Below are positions 1-8,644 of a DNA stretch of 28,122 bases, one piece after another (the first letter of the stretch is position 1; every line of letters starts with the position of its first letter). Made by a program: the position numbers and the translations under genes. The notes beneath the pieces were generated by a model that saw nothing but the letters and a program-made list of their open reading frames with translations, was not told the DNA's origin and ran no database searches. The stretch lies in contig JBCDJA010000001.1 of assembly GCA_038748465.1 (NCBI GenBank), forward strand, positions 1 through 28,122. Direction: 5' to 3'. Source of the DNA: Pseudomonadota bacterium. Its GTDB lineage: Bacteria; Pseudomonadota; Alphaproteobacteria; M2410.

Positions 1-945
1 GATTTGGCGGGCAAGGTGGCGGCCCTGCCAAAAGATGGACCGGTCTTAACCGTCGCGATTCTGTTCCTGATGGCCGTCGGGATGAAAGCCGCCGCGTTTC
101 CGCTCTTCTTTTGGCTGCCCGCGTCCTATCACACCCCCAATGCGGTCGTCTCGGCCGTGTTTTCAGGGCTTCTCACAAAGGTAGGCGTCTATGCCCTGAT
201 CCGTGTCTTTACACTGATCTTTGCCGATGTGTCGGACCTTATTTTCACCATCCTGATCGCCGTCTCTGTTCTCACCATGATTTTGGGCGTGCTTGGCGCG
301 CTTGCCGAGAGCGACCTTCGGCGCGTGGCTGCCTTCACCGTTGTGAGCGGAATTGGGTACATGTTGCTGGGGCTTGGGATCGGCACGGAACTCGCGCTGG
401 TTGGAGCGCTGCTTTACACCGTGCATTCCATGATTTTGTCGGCCGCGCTCTTTATGGGCTCGGGCATTGCCCAGCACTTTACCGGAGCGGTTCGGCTGCC
501 AAAGCTTGGCGGCCTTTACAGCCTGGCACCGTTCTATGCAGCAGGGTTTCTGATCTGCTGTTTTTCCTTGGCCGGTCTGCCCCCCTTTAGCGGCTTCTGG
601 CCGAAATTCGTGTTGGTTAAGGCAAGCCTTGATGCAAGCCAATACACGGCAACAGCCGCTGTGCTGATCAGCGGTTTCCTCACCGTGCTGACCATCGGCA
701 AAATTTATAGTATTGGGTTTTGGCGCGAACGGGACCCGGATTTGCCGCCCATCGACCCGGCAGCAGGCGGGCCTCAGCCCACCGGGCGCATCGCCAGCTT
801 TTGGGCGATGACCGCCCTTATGATCGGGCTTGGATTGGCGGCCGGGCCCGTCTCGTCCGTAGCGAGCCAGGCGGCCGGGCAATTGCTATCGCCGAGCGCC
901 TATATTGCCGTTGTGCTGCCAGAGACGGAAGGGGCGGGCTCATGA
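1..945 (+). CDS. mrpD: Mrp Na+/H+ antiporter subunit D, 5'-partial (NuoM/N-like membrane subunit)
   Basis: The frame is open from base 1. It carries motifs KAAAFPLFFWLPASYH, FSGLLTKVGVYALIR and SLAGLPPFSGFWPKF, is hydrophobic, and overlaps the next gene by ATGA. Confidence 0.92.
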   Translation, partial: DLAGKVAALPKDGPVLTVAILFLMAVGMKAAAFPLFFWLPASYHTPNAVVSAVFSGLLTKVGVYALIRVFTLIFADVSDLIFTILIAVSVLTMILGVLGALAESDLRRVAAFTVVSGIGYMLLGLGIGTELALVGALLYTVHSMILSAALFMGSGIAQHFTGAVRLPKLGGLYSLAPFYAAGFLICCFSLAGLPPFSGFWPKFVLVKASLDASQYTATAAVLISGFLTVLTIGKIYSIGFWRERDPDLPPIDPAAGGPQPTGRIASFWAMTALMIGLGLAAGPVSSVASQAAGQLLSPSAYIAVVLPETEGAGS

Positions 946-1415
946 ACCTCTTTCTTCTTAATGTCATTCTGGCCCTGGCCTGGTGCGCCGTCACCGTCAG
1001 CTTCGCGCCGGTCAATCTTTCGATCGGGTTTTTCCTTGGGGCCTTTGCCATCTGGTTGTTGCGCGACAAATGGGGCAACGCGAAATACTTCTTTCGGATT
1101 GGGCATATCGTTGATCTCGCATCGCTTTTTGTTTTTGAGCTGATCAAATCCTCGGTCATCGTAGCCTGGGAGGTTGTCAGGCCGAGACTTCAATTCGAGC
1201 CGGGCATCGTTGCCGTTCCGCTCACCGTCGACCGGGATCTTGAAATCATGATGCTTGCCAATCTGATCTCGCTCACCCCTGGGACACTGAGCGTCGATGT
1301 GTCGACGGACAGATCGACGCTTTATGTGCATGCCCTGCATATCGGCGATGCGGACGATTTCGTCCGGTCGATCAAGGACGGATTTGAAAAGAAAATCTTG
1401 GAGGCCTTGCGGTGA
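942..1415 (+). CDS. mrpE: Mrp Na+/H+ antiporter subunit E
   Basis: ATG at 942 overlaps the mrpD stop. It has the motif LANLISLTPGTLSVDV and lies between D and F. Confidence 0.92.
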   Translation: MNLFLLNVILALAWCAVTVSFAPVNLSIGFFLGAFAIWLLRDKWGNAKYFFRIGHIVDLASLFVFELIKSSVIVAWEVVRPRLQFEPGIVAVPLTVDRDLEIMMLANLISLTPGTLSVDVSTDRSTLYVHALHIGDADDFVRSIKDGFEKKILEALR

Positions 1416-1723
1416 TCAGTTTCTTTGAAGACGATGCGGGGGGCTTTTTGGTTTTTGCGGTCAACCTGTCGTTGGTCCTTGTTTTAGCAGCATTTTTTTT
1501 GGCGTTCGTCCGCTTGGTGCGGGGACCGAGTTTGCCGGACCGGATTATGGCGCTCGACCTTTTGGTCTTTGTCGGGATCGTCTTCATCGCTAACTTTACC
1601 CTAGCGACCATGCGGTTTGTCTATTTGGACATAGCCATCGCTCTCGGCTTGGTTAGCTTTCTCGCCACGCTCGCCTTCGCCCGCTATGTCGAGCGGCGTG
1701 GCCCGGTTGAGGGGGGCAAGTAA
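1412..1723 (+). CDS. mrpF: Mrp Na+/H+ antiporter subunit F
   Basis: The GTG start overlaps the mrpE stop (GTGA). It has motifs RLVRGPSLPDRIMALD and LVSFLATLAFARY, with three hydrophobic segments. Confidence 0.92.
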   Translation: MISFFEDDAGGFLVFAVNLSLVLVLAAFFLAFVRLVRGPSLPDRIMALDLLVFVGIVFIANFTLATMRFVYLDIAIALGLVSFLATLAFARYVERRGPVEGGK

Positions 1724-1725
1724 GC

Positions 1726-2088
1726 ATGATCGCGACCCTTGTCGATATCGTTGCCGGTGTTTTGGTGCTGCTTGGTGCGGTCTTCGCGTTTGTCGCGGCG
1801 CTCGGCGTTGTGCGCTTGCCGGATGTTTATGTGCGCATGCACGCGGCAACCAAGGCCGGGACGCTTGCCGCCGCGCTCACCTTGATCGCTGTCGCTCTTG
1901 TTGCCTTCGAATTGTCCGTGACGGTCCGCGTGATCGCCGCGGTGTTGTTTCTTTTGCTCACAGCGCCAGTGAGTTCTCATCTGCTTGCCCGAGCCGCGTA
2001 TTTGACGCGGGTTCGCCTTTGGAAAAACAGTGTCCGCGACGACCTCTTTGGCAAGTACGACATGGAAGACAAGTCGCTTAAAAGCTGA
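1726..2088 (+). CDS. mrpG: Mrp Na+/H+ antiporter subunit G
   Basis: Motifs LGVVRLPDVYVRMHAATKAGTL and LLTAPVSSHLLARAAY; last gene of the operon. Confidence 0.92.
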   Translation: MIATLVDIVAGVLVLLGAVFAFVAALGVVRLPDVYVRMHAATKAGTLAAALTLIAVALVAFELSVTVRVIAAVLFLLLTAPVSSHLLARAAYLTRVRLWKNSVRDDLFGKYDMEDKSLKS

Positions 2089-2402
2089 CGTCTTTAAAGC
2101 CGACAGCAAAATTGGCCTCCCCAAGGCGGGGGGCGATTAGCACGCGACGTCATACTTTACTTAAGATGCCCGGGAAAGGTTTTCCACAGGGCCTTTCACT
2201 GTCCTGTGGCAGCCTTTCAAAGTGTTTTGCGGGGATTGCGACTGACGCCATGCCACCGCGAGCGCGGGCTTACTTGGTGAAGTTGAACGAATCATCATTG
2301 TCCTATCGAGCCGATGTTTTTTACACCAAGGCAGAGTATAAGCCGGCCAGTTGCCACCGGGCCTGACCATGAACTTTCTCTTGCCTTTTTTCGGACAAAG
2401 GT

Positions 2403-2420
2403 GGTTAGCACCGTCTAACC
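2403..2420. promoter_or_regulatory. Palindrome GGTTAG-N6-CTAACC upstream of mucR (candidate operator)
   Basis: Perfect 6-bp inverted arms, ggttag caccgt ctaacc. Related sites occur at 14202 and 17833. Confidence 0.35.
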
Positions 2421-2562
2421 GAGCGCTTTTGATTAGTGTGCCTAGAGAATCTGACGTATGCTTGGATTAAATTGCTGAAACAGTGTGATGTTTAGTATTG
2501 CTTAACTTTCTTGACAGTACTACGTCTCTTATCAACTCTTCGAAGAATCAAAGGAAAAACTA

Positions 2563-2985
2563 ATGGAACAAAAGACTGAATTGATCGATATGACGGCGGA
2601 AATCGTCTCCGCCTATGTAGGCAACAATACAGTTGGGGCGTCTGACCTGCCCCGCATCATTCAAGAGGTTTATGTCGCTCTTGACGAGGCGACGAGCGGT
2701 AATGCCGAAGAACACAAAGAACCGCAAAAGCCAGCAGTAACCATCAAGCGGTCCATCACGCCCGACTACATCATCTGCCTTGAAGACGGTAAGAAATTCA
2801 AATCACTTAAGCGTCACTTGCGCACCCATTACGATTTGTCGCCGGAAGAATATCGCGACAAGTGGAATCTTCCGAAAGACTATCCGATGGTCGCACCGAA
2901 TTACGCCAAAGCGCGCTCCAACCTGGCAAAGCAAATGGGGCTTGGCCAAAAAGGCCGCGCGGTCCGGAACACCCGCAAAAAGTAA
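2563..2985 (+). CDS. mucR: MucR/Ros family zinc-finger transcriptional regulator
   Basis: Motifs MTAEIVSAYVGNN, SITPDYIICLEDGKKFKSLKRHLRTHY and YPMVAPNYAKARSNLAKQMGLG; RBS AAGGAAAA. Confidence 0.97.
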   Translation: MEQKTELIDMTAEIVSAYVGNNTVGASDLPRIIQEVYVALDEATSGNAEEHKEPQKPAVTIKRSITPDYIICLEDGKKFKSLKRHLRTHYDLSPEEYRDKWNLPKDYPMVAPNYAKARSNLAKQMGLGQKGRAVRNTRKK

Positions 2986-3021
2986 GCCCACTGCGGCCAA
3001 ATACGCTTCGAAGAGACGGGC

Positions 3022-3059
3022 AAGACCGGTCCCACCAGGGCCGGTCTTTTCGTTTTTTT
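3022..3059 (+). terminator. Rho-independent terminator after mucR
   Basis: 11-bp stem aagaccggtcc/gggccggtctt with one G-U pair, a 5-nt loop, then ttcgttttttt. Confidence 0.85.
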
Positions 3060-3106
3060 AACCGGCAGCCTTATCATGACCCTGAGAGAAATGGGGAGGA
3101 GCTGTC

Positions 3107-4405
3107 GTGCGTGCCCATGTCCGAAGCCGGACGGTTTTCCGCCGCGCCCTGGCGGCGTCCGCTCTTAGTGTGGCGGTGTTGTCCCTTTCTGTTGTGCCGG
3201 GTGGCTTGGCCCAGGCCGGCCCGTCGTTCGTTCCGCATCCTGCCCAATCTGGCCACGCGGGATCTTCGTCGCAGGCCCAATGTGTGGGGCCGGCAGCTCG
3301 GTGGACACGCCTTGCCGATCGGACCCGGACGGTCACCGTACGCCTGTGGCAGGCCGCGCGGGACTGCCTGACCAATCCCTGTCCTGGGATCGATTGCGCG
3401 CGCCTGCCAGGACTTGCCGCCGATGCGGAGCGTCTTGCCGACGCGCTCGACCTTACCCTCGCGCAAGTCACCCGGCCGCGGCGAAGCGATGCCTCGGCGG
3501 TTGAGCCGGGCGTTTCCGCGGCATGTTATCCGAGCGAGGTGGAGGCGGCCCGTCTTGTCTATGACCTAATGTCGGCCCGGCGTGCCCTTAGCGCCTGTGC
3601 CAAGCGGTCTGCATGCGCGGGGGTCATTTCCCATCCAGGGGGTCCACAGCCAGCCCAGGGGGCCGCGCCGGAGGTGCTCCTTGATGCATTGGAAACCGTG
3701 ACGGCTCGCCTTCCAACGATGCCGATCGACAAATTCCGTCTCTCGCTCATCGGCACCGATAGGCCCCTCGCCGCCGGCATGCCCCTAGGGTTGGCGATTT
3801 CCGGAAAGCCTGCGTGCTTTAAACCGGACGGCTTGATGGTGTCGGTTGTGCCGCCCCATGCCGCACCGGGACTTGCGCCAAACCCGGTCGGGATCGAGGC
3901 GGCTCTGGCGCTCGATGTGCCCGACCGCCTGCAACACCTAATCGCAGAGCCTCAGCCTCAGGGCGAGAGCGGCGTGCTGGCCGTGCTTCCGGTCGAAGCG
4001 CCCTTGCGCCCTGGGGCTTATCAGGTGGCGTTGCTTCGCCCCTCGGGACAAGAGCTGCAAGAGGTGGGGCGCAGCGAGACCTTTGTGGTGGGTGAGGCGA
4101 GCGCGCCATGCGTTGGTTTTTCAGGCATTTGGGAGACGAGCTTCGGCCGGATGCACCTTGCGGAGGGCGAGGAGGGTGAGGTGAGGGGCACCTACCGCCG
4201 CGCGCCCTTAGGCCAAAGCGGCTTCTTTGCGGGCAAACGCAGGGACCGGGTGCTCTATGGCCAATGGGCGTCGGAGTTTGGAAGCGGTGGATTGCGCCTT
4301 GTGCTGAACGAGAGCGACAGCGCGTTTACGGGGACCTGGAGCCGATTTCGCGAGGAATTTGCCGGGGAGGGGGCTTGGACCGGCGCCTGCGCCAGCGGTC
4401 CCTAG
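3107..4405 (+). CDS. Hypothetical secreted Cys-rich protein with a C-terminal avidin-like beta-barrel candidate domain
   Basis: 432-aa ORF with a GTG start after GGAGGA. It has a signal-peptide-like N-terminus (VFRRALAASALSVAVLSLSVVPGGLAQA), 10 Cys, and the C-terminal pattern FSGIWETSFG...GEVRGTY...LYGQW...FTGTW...WTG. Confidence 0.7.
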   Translation: MRAHVRSRTVFRRALAASALSVAVLSLSVVPGGLAQAGPSFVPHPAQSGHAGSSSQAQCVGPAARWTRLADRTRTVTVRLWQAARDCLTNPCPGIDCARLPGLAADAERLADALDLTLAQVTRPRRSDASAVEPGVSAACYPSEVEAARLVYDLMSARRALSACAKRSACAGVISHPGGPQPAQGAAPEVLLDALETVTARLPTMPIDKFRLSLIGTDRPLAAGMPLGLAISGKPACFKPDGLMVSVVPPHAAPGLAPNPVGIEAALALDVPDRLQHLIAEPQPQGESGVLAVLPVEAPLRPGAYQVALLRPSGQELQEVGRSETFVVGEASAPCVGFSGIWETSFGRMHLAEGEEGEVRGTYRRAPLGQSGFFAGKRRDRVLYGQWASEFGSGGLRLVLNESDSAFTGTWSRFREEFAGEGAWTGACASGP

Positions 4406-4450
4406 ACGGCAGGGCACACAATGGCAGGGCGCGCGGTCCGCGCTTGCATG

Positions 4451-4867
4451 TCAGTTGCCCGCAACCCCTTTCGCGTCGCGGCGGATGCGCTCAACCATCG
4501 AAAACAAGCCGTTCGACCGCTGAGGGGTCAAATGCTCCTCAAGCCCCAATTGTCCGAGGGCATCGCGCGCATCGAGGGCGAGAATGTCCGCTGGGCTCGC
4601 CCCATCATAAAGCTCTTTCAGAATTGCGATCAGGCCCTTGACGATCATCGCATCGCTGTCGCCGTTGAAGGTGAGTTTTTCCGGCGGGCCGGGCTCGAAG
4701 GCTGTCTTGATCCAGACTTGGCTAACGCAGCCCTGCACCTTTGTTGCATCGGTCTTGTCCGCGTCCGCGAGGGGGGGCATGGCCTTCCCCAACTCGATGA
4801 CATAGCGGTAGCGTTCTTCCCAATCCGGAAGCAGGGCAAAATCGTCAACCAAGCGCTCGAGACTCAT
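4451..4867 (-). CDS. sufE: SufE family Fe-S cluster sulfur-acceptor protein
   Basis: Motifs DWEERYRYVIELGK, KVQGCVSQVW, GDSDAMIVKGLIAIL and LTPQRSNGL. The ATG at 4867 has RBS AAAGGGG; the ORF-track N-terminal extension is probably not real. Confidence 0.95.
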   Translation of the reverse strand: MSLERLVDDFALLPDWEERYRYVIELGKAMPPLADADKTDATKVQGCVSQVWIKTAFEPGPPEKLTFNGDSDAMIVKGLIAILKELYDGASPADILALDARDALGQLGLEEHLTPQRSNGLFSMVERIRRDAKGVAGN

Positions 4868-4994
4868 CCAATCCCCTTTCAACTCTGGAAGGGACATACG
4901 GGGCCGGGCGGGCTGGAGCAAGCGGCGTGACCGCGCAGGACGTGCACCGGACGAGACGCGCGCCCAGAGAGACGGGGCTAGGGGAGAGGCTCGC

Positions 4995-5312
4995 TTAGGG
5001 AGAGGGTGCCTGGGGGGCCGCATCTTGGGTGGGCTCGGATCCGGCGGCCACGAGCGCGCCGTGGAGCCGGCCGCTCGCATAGGCCGCCAAATCAATGCCC
5101 AACCGGCCGGCCTCGGCGCCCACACGGCACATCGCAGGGCGATCCTCGCAGAAATGGCCGAGTTCTCCGGCCGCCTGCATAACTCTCGCCGCGGTTTCTT
5201 CGGTGGGGGATTGGGCGGATCGTTCGGCCGCCGGTCCGTCGGTTGGCAATTGGCCACCGGAAAACAGGAATCCGATCACGAATACCCAGAAGGTCACACG
5301 CAACAAAAACAC
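4995..5312 (-). CDS. DUF5330-like small membrane-anchored protein
   Basis: Begins (V)FLLRVTFWVFVIGFLF and contains the Cys pair FCEDRPAMC. It lies next to sufE, as I recall is typical of this family. GTG at 5312 follows GGAG. Confidence 0.7.
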   Translation of the reverse strand: MFLLRVTFWVFVIGFLFSGGQLPTDGPAAERSAQSPTEETAARVMQAAGELGHFCEDRPAMCRVGAEAGRLGIDLAAYASGRLHGALVAAGSEPTQDAAPQAPSP

Positions 5313-5443
5313 AACGCATACTCCACGCAACAACAGTCTCGACGCTACGCGGTGCGGTGTTTCAACAGCGTAAAGAGGTAGGGTTAATGGAAATTGCCGT
5401 TTTGCCCGAGCGGGTAGGCGCCCAAAGCCTTATCGCGCGGGCC

Positions 5444-7165
5444 TTAAGCCGAGTGTTCGCCAGCCGATTGGCGGCTGGCCTGATCCGCTGTGGCCTCGGC
5501 TGGGCCGTGATCGCCCGTCTTCGGGGCAAGGGCCGGTTGCCTTGGCACGCGCAGGCGGGCAAGCGTTCCCACCTCCAGGGGCTCAAAGGTAAGCTGCGCG
5601 CCATGCAAGCGGGCAAGAACCCGGGCGATCGGCAGCCCCAAACCAACGCCGCCGGCCGTCGCCGTGTACACATCCTCACCGCGAACGAAGGTGCCGTCGA
5701 GGTCTTCAAGGACCCGTTTGGGTATGCCAGGGCCTTCATCCTGGATGAACACATCAAAGAAATCCGTATCAAGATGGACAGTCACAGTGACTGTCCCTCC
5801 CTCATCGGAATATTTAATCGCGTTCGAAACGACGTTCCCGAGGATGGTATCGAGGACGTCCCGATCGAGCAGGGCCGGATAGGGTGTATCGGGAGCATCG
5901 ATCATGAGCGCTCTGCCGGCCTCTTCGGCCTGCCGGGCAAAACGCGTGACCGTGTCACGCACCCATTCCACCGCATCGTCATCGCTTGGCGAGACCGTCA
6001 GCTCGCCGCCTTCAATTTGGGCCATTTCAAGAATTTGATTGACGGAATGCAAGAGGCCCACGCCGCTTTCATGGATCATCGAGGCGTATTCACAATAATT
6101 CGGCGTGCCGATGGGGCCGAGCATCTCATTCGACAGAATCTCTGAAAAGCCGATAATGGCGTTAAGGGGCGTGCGCAGCTCGTGGCTGATATTACGCAGC
6201 AGCGACGCGCGCATGCCATCTGCGTGGGCCGCGCGAGATTCGGCCCGGTTGAGGTCGTCCGACATGCGCAGCATTTCGCGGGTCTGTTCTTCGATACGGC
6301 TTTGGCTTTGCTTCAGCATAAAGACCGTATCGCGAAGATAAGTGCCGCGCTTTTTCAGGAGGCGCTGGCGTTGGACTTCTTCGCTCACATCCGACAGGAT
6401 GGTCATCAGGCCACCATCGCGGGTGCGCTGTTCAATCAAGCGGAAGGCCCGCTTGTCGTGCATCTCAATAAGGTCCCGGGTCGCGTGGAGCGCCTCATCG
6501 CTGGATGAGCGCTGGTCGTTGGCGAGCGTCTCTCGCCGGGCAATGCGTGTCTCGAGCCGCCGCATGACATCGGCGTAAGAGACGCCGGGAAGCGCGCCCC
6601 CCGGGCGGCCGGTCGCCACCTCCGCAAACAGAGCATTGGCTGTAACAAGCCGGCCCGCCTGGTCCCAAAACGCAAAGCCGTCCGCCGAAACCGACACCGC
6701 ATCCTCTAGCCGCAACCGGGACTGCATGAGGTCGGTCACATCGGAATAAAATGAGATGACAGCGTTGCGCGGGGTCGGGCGGTCTTTCACCTCGATCCAG
6801 CGCCCATCGAAGAGTCGCAAAATGCGCGGGACCGCGTCGCGAATGCGCCGTTGGGTGCGCCAGGAATAGACCCAGGCATCCGGATCATCCAGGACTTCCG
6901 GTCCGGCAATGTCACCGTTGGTGATCTGCACGCCGCACAGCTCTTGGAAGGATCGGCCAATGAGCGGACCAGCCGACTGGAGCGAGGGAAATAAGTACCG
7001 ATAATGCTGGTTGGCATAGCGCAGGGTGTCGCGCTCGTCGAACACCGTGACAGCCACACGGAGGCAATCAAGGCTATCAAAAACGAGAGCCATGTCCTCG
7101 GCATCGAGCCACTGGGTGCTGCCGTCGATCATCATCGCCTGGCCAGGTCGTGTCCCTTTAGACAT
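5444..7165 (-). CDS. Cytoplasmic PAS-domain sensor histidine kinase, PleC/DivJ/PdhS-like
   Basis: H-box ISHELRTPLNAIIGFSEILSNEMLGP, N-box NVVSNAIKYS, G-boxes DEGPGI and GGVGLGL. It has two PAS-fold-like N-terminal repeats, no obvious TM segment and no receiver domain. Confidence 0.9.
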   Translation of the reverse strand: MSKGTRPGQAMMIDGSTQWLDAEDMALVFDSLDCLRVAVTVFDERDTLRYANQHYRYLFPSLQSAGPLIGRSFQELCGVQITNGDIAGPEVLDDPDAWVYSWRTQRRIRDAVPRILRLFDGRWIEVKDRPTPRNAVISFYSDVTDLMQSRLRLEDAVSVSADGFAFWDQAGRLVTANALFAEVATGRPGGALPGVSYADVMRRLETRIARRETLANDQRSSSDEALHATRDLIEMHDKRAFRLIEQRTRDGGLMTILSDVSEEVQRQRLLKKRGTYLRDTVFMLKQSQSRIEEQTREMLRMSDDLNRAESRAAHADGMRASLLRNISHELRTPLNAIIGFSEILSNEMLGPIGTPNYCEYASMIHESGVGLLHSVNQILEMAQIEGGELTVSPSDDDAVEWVRDTVTRFARQAEEAGRALMIDAPDTPYPALLDRDVLDTILGNVVSNAIKYSDEGGTVTVTVHLDTDFFDVFIQDEGPGIPKRVLEDLDGTFVRGEDVYTATAGGVGLGLPIARVLARLHGAQLTFEPLEVGTLARLRVPRQPALAPKTGDHGPAEATADQASRQSAGEHSA

Positions 7166-7191
7166 TCAGGGACAGAGCGTGCCACAGCTCG

Positions 7192-7207
7192 GTTGAGAAC
7201 AACTTAA
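7192..7207 (-). promoter_or_regulatory. CtrA-box-like site TTAA-N7-TCAAC upstream of the kinase
   Basis: Minus strand reads ttaa gttgttc tcaac, one mismatch to TTAA-N7-TTAAC, about 27 bp upstream of the kinase ATG. Confidence 0.35.
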
Positions 7208-7336
7208 ATGATGGTTGCCGACCGTTTAACGATTTCCCAAATTGGCGCGCCGGGCCCCTTGGGCGGCAAGCCGCGGGGCGGGCGTTCCATTGGATGAGAA
7301 GAGCCCAGCCGCATGGACGAGCCCCGCTCCGATGGC

Positions 7337-8644
7337 TTAGGTGGGGCTGCCGACCTGCACAAGGTAGGTCCAACAATCGGCGACCTCCTTAAAGCCGTGG
7401 CGTCCGGTGCAAAAGGCTTCTTCCGAGAGGTTGCGGGAGGCCGCGATGCATTGGGCCAAGTTCAGTTGAGCGAACTTCAGGCACTGACGGTCCGTTTCGT
7501 TCTTTGTGAGCTTCATCGCGTCTTTCAGGTCATTGGGGCCGGCCCCGGGCACACTGAGATAAGCCGCCAGGCTAATGATCCGGCCGTAGGTCGGACGCGA
7601 AATGGGGCTCACCTTTGAGATATCCATGGCAAGGGTTTGTTCGCCTGCGGAATTGATCAGGGTCATCGGGCGGGACGGCGCGATCGTGGGGTTTAGCAGT
7701 AAGGCCAGATCCGTCGCCAGGTCTTGGGCGTGATCTTGGGCGTGATCCGCGTCAGGGTCGCTCTGGGCCTTTTTCCGCTGCATGTTGATGGCCCTTTCGC
7801 GAAAGCGCTGGGCCGTCGTGACGAGAAGCGTGTTTTCTGCAGCGGTTTGTTGGATGGCGCGCTCAACAGCCGCCGGGGCGGTGCGCCAAGACAGCGTCGA
7901 ATAAGGTTTCGCCTTCAGTTCGGCAAAGAACGCAGCCCGCCCCATGCTGGCCGCCTTCGCCCTCGCTTCTTCAACGAAGGCTTCATCTTCCATCACTTCG
8001 ACCGCGTGGGCGACGACCCAGCCCTGAGAGACGATCGAATAATCGTATTTTGACAAGCGCTGGTGGGCGGCGCGGATCTCGGTCCGGCTGCGCAGCTTGT
8101 AATTTGAGACGCGGGTTACATCGCGCCAGTAATCGTTAAACACACCAAGAACGTAATGGGGTGAGGCGGTGCTCAACACAAGGGCGTTTTCGGGTTTGCG
8201 CAAGGGGGTGGGGATGCGGCTTGCCGTGGGATCGGCCAGCGCTGTGGGCGCAAAGCCATAGGCGGGCACGGGGTTCGGAGCCGTTTCAGCCGGGGCGGGG
8301 GACGGGCCGTCGGCATTTGCCAAGACGATCTCCGCTTCGATGGGCTTGCGTCGCGGCACTTTATTGCTGCCCGTCAGTTCCATCAGGGTCGGCCGGGAGA
8401 TGACGGGCGGGGTCGCCGCGACCGGCTGTTGTGCCGTCGGCGAGAGCGTTCCAAAATCTGTCATGGTGTTACAGGCACTGAGGGCCAGCAGGGACAGACC
8501 GAGGGCCCCGGCTATGCCGGCCTGGCGGGCCGACCTGGCGCTTGCGGCAATGCGGATGGGCGCGGCAACGCGGATGGGCGCGGCGAAAGCTGCGGTCCAG
8601 GAACTCAGTTGATCTTTCATCTGATTATACCCGCCTGTTTGCAT
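7337..8644 (-). CDS. Hypothetical lipoprotein with a C-terminal 4-Cys motif
   Basis: Long ORF with lipobox LLALSA-C and C-terminal RQCLKFAQLNLAQCIAAS...EEAFCTGRHGFKEVADC. The start is uncertain (8665, 8644 or 8620); 8644 has GGGAG 4-5 nt upstream. Confidence 0.75.
   Translation of the reverse strand: MQTGGYNQMKDQLSSWTAAFAAPIRVAAPIRIAASARSARQAGIAGALGLSLLALSACNTMTDFGTLSPTAQQPVAATPPVISRPTLMELTGSNKVPRRKPIEAEIVLANADGPSPAPAETAPNPVPAYGFAPTALADPTASRIPTPLRKPENALVLSTASPHYVLGVFNDYWRDVTRVSNYKLRSRTEIRAAHQRLSKYDYSIVSQGWVVAHAVEVMEDEAFVEEARAKAASMGRAAFFAELKAKPYSTLSWRTAPAAVERAIQQTAAENTLLVTTAQRFRERAINMQRKKAQSDPDADHAQDHAQDLATDLALLLNPTIAPSRPMTLINSAGEQTLAMDISKVSPISRPTYGRIISLAAYLSVPGAGPNDLKDAMKLTKNETDRQCLKFAQLNLAQCIAASRNLSEEAFCTGRHGFKEVADCWTYLVQVGSPT
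7722..7747. repeat. 12-bp tandem duplication (tcttgggcgtga x2), encoding DHAQDHAQD
   Basis: Exact direct repeat read from the sequence. Confidence 0.8.
8544..8584. repeat. 18-bp tandem duplication encoding AAPIRV-AAPIRI in the lipoprotein signal region
   Basis: gcggcaatgcggatgggc / gcggcaacgcggatgggc / gcggc. Confidence 0.8.

Noticed and set aside
2180-2188. DnaA-box match TTTTCCACA
   Set aside because: It is a single site with no cluster or origin-type genes nearby, and is expected by chance.
2112-2366. 84-aa ORF upstream of mucR
   Set aside because: It has a TTG start, no clear RBS and no recognisable features. The region is better explained as regulatory.
4868-5257. 130-aa N-terminal extension of SufE shown in the ORF track
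   Set aside because: It is Pro/Arg-rich and low in complexity, and it overlaps the DUF5330-like gene. ATG 4867 has a good RBS and gives a normal SufE length.
5243-6145. Long alternative-frame ORFs (also 9363..10121, 22363..23079, 24456..25622 and 2862..3371)
   Set aside because: They overlap well-supported genes, have no recognisable motifs, and are the expected shadow ORFs of GC-rich DNA.
7243-7285. Hairpin after the lipoprotein gene as a terminator
   Set aside because: A GC stem with a CUUG loop is present on the minus strand, but there is no convincing U-tract.
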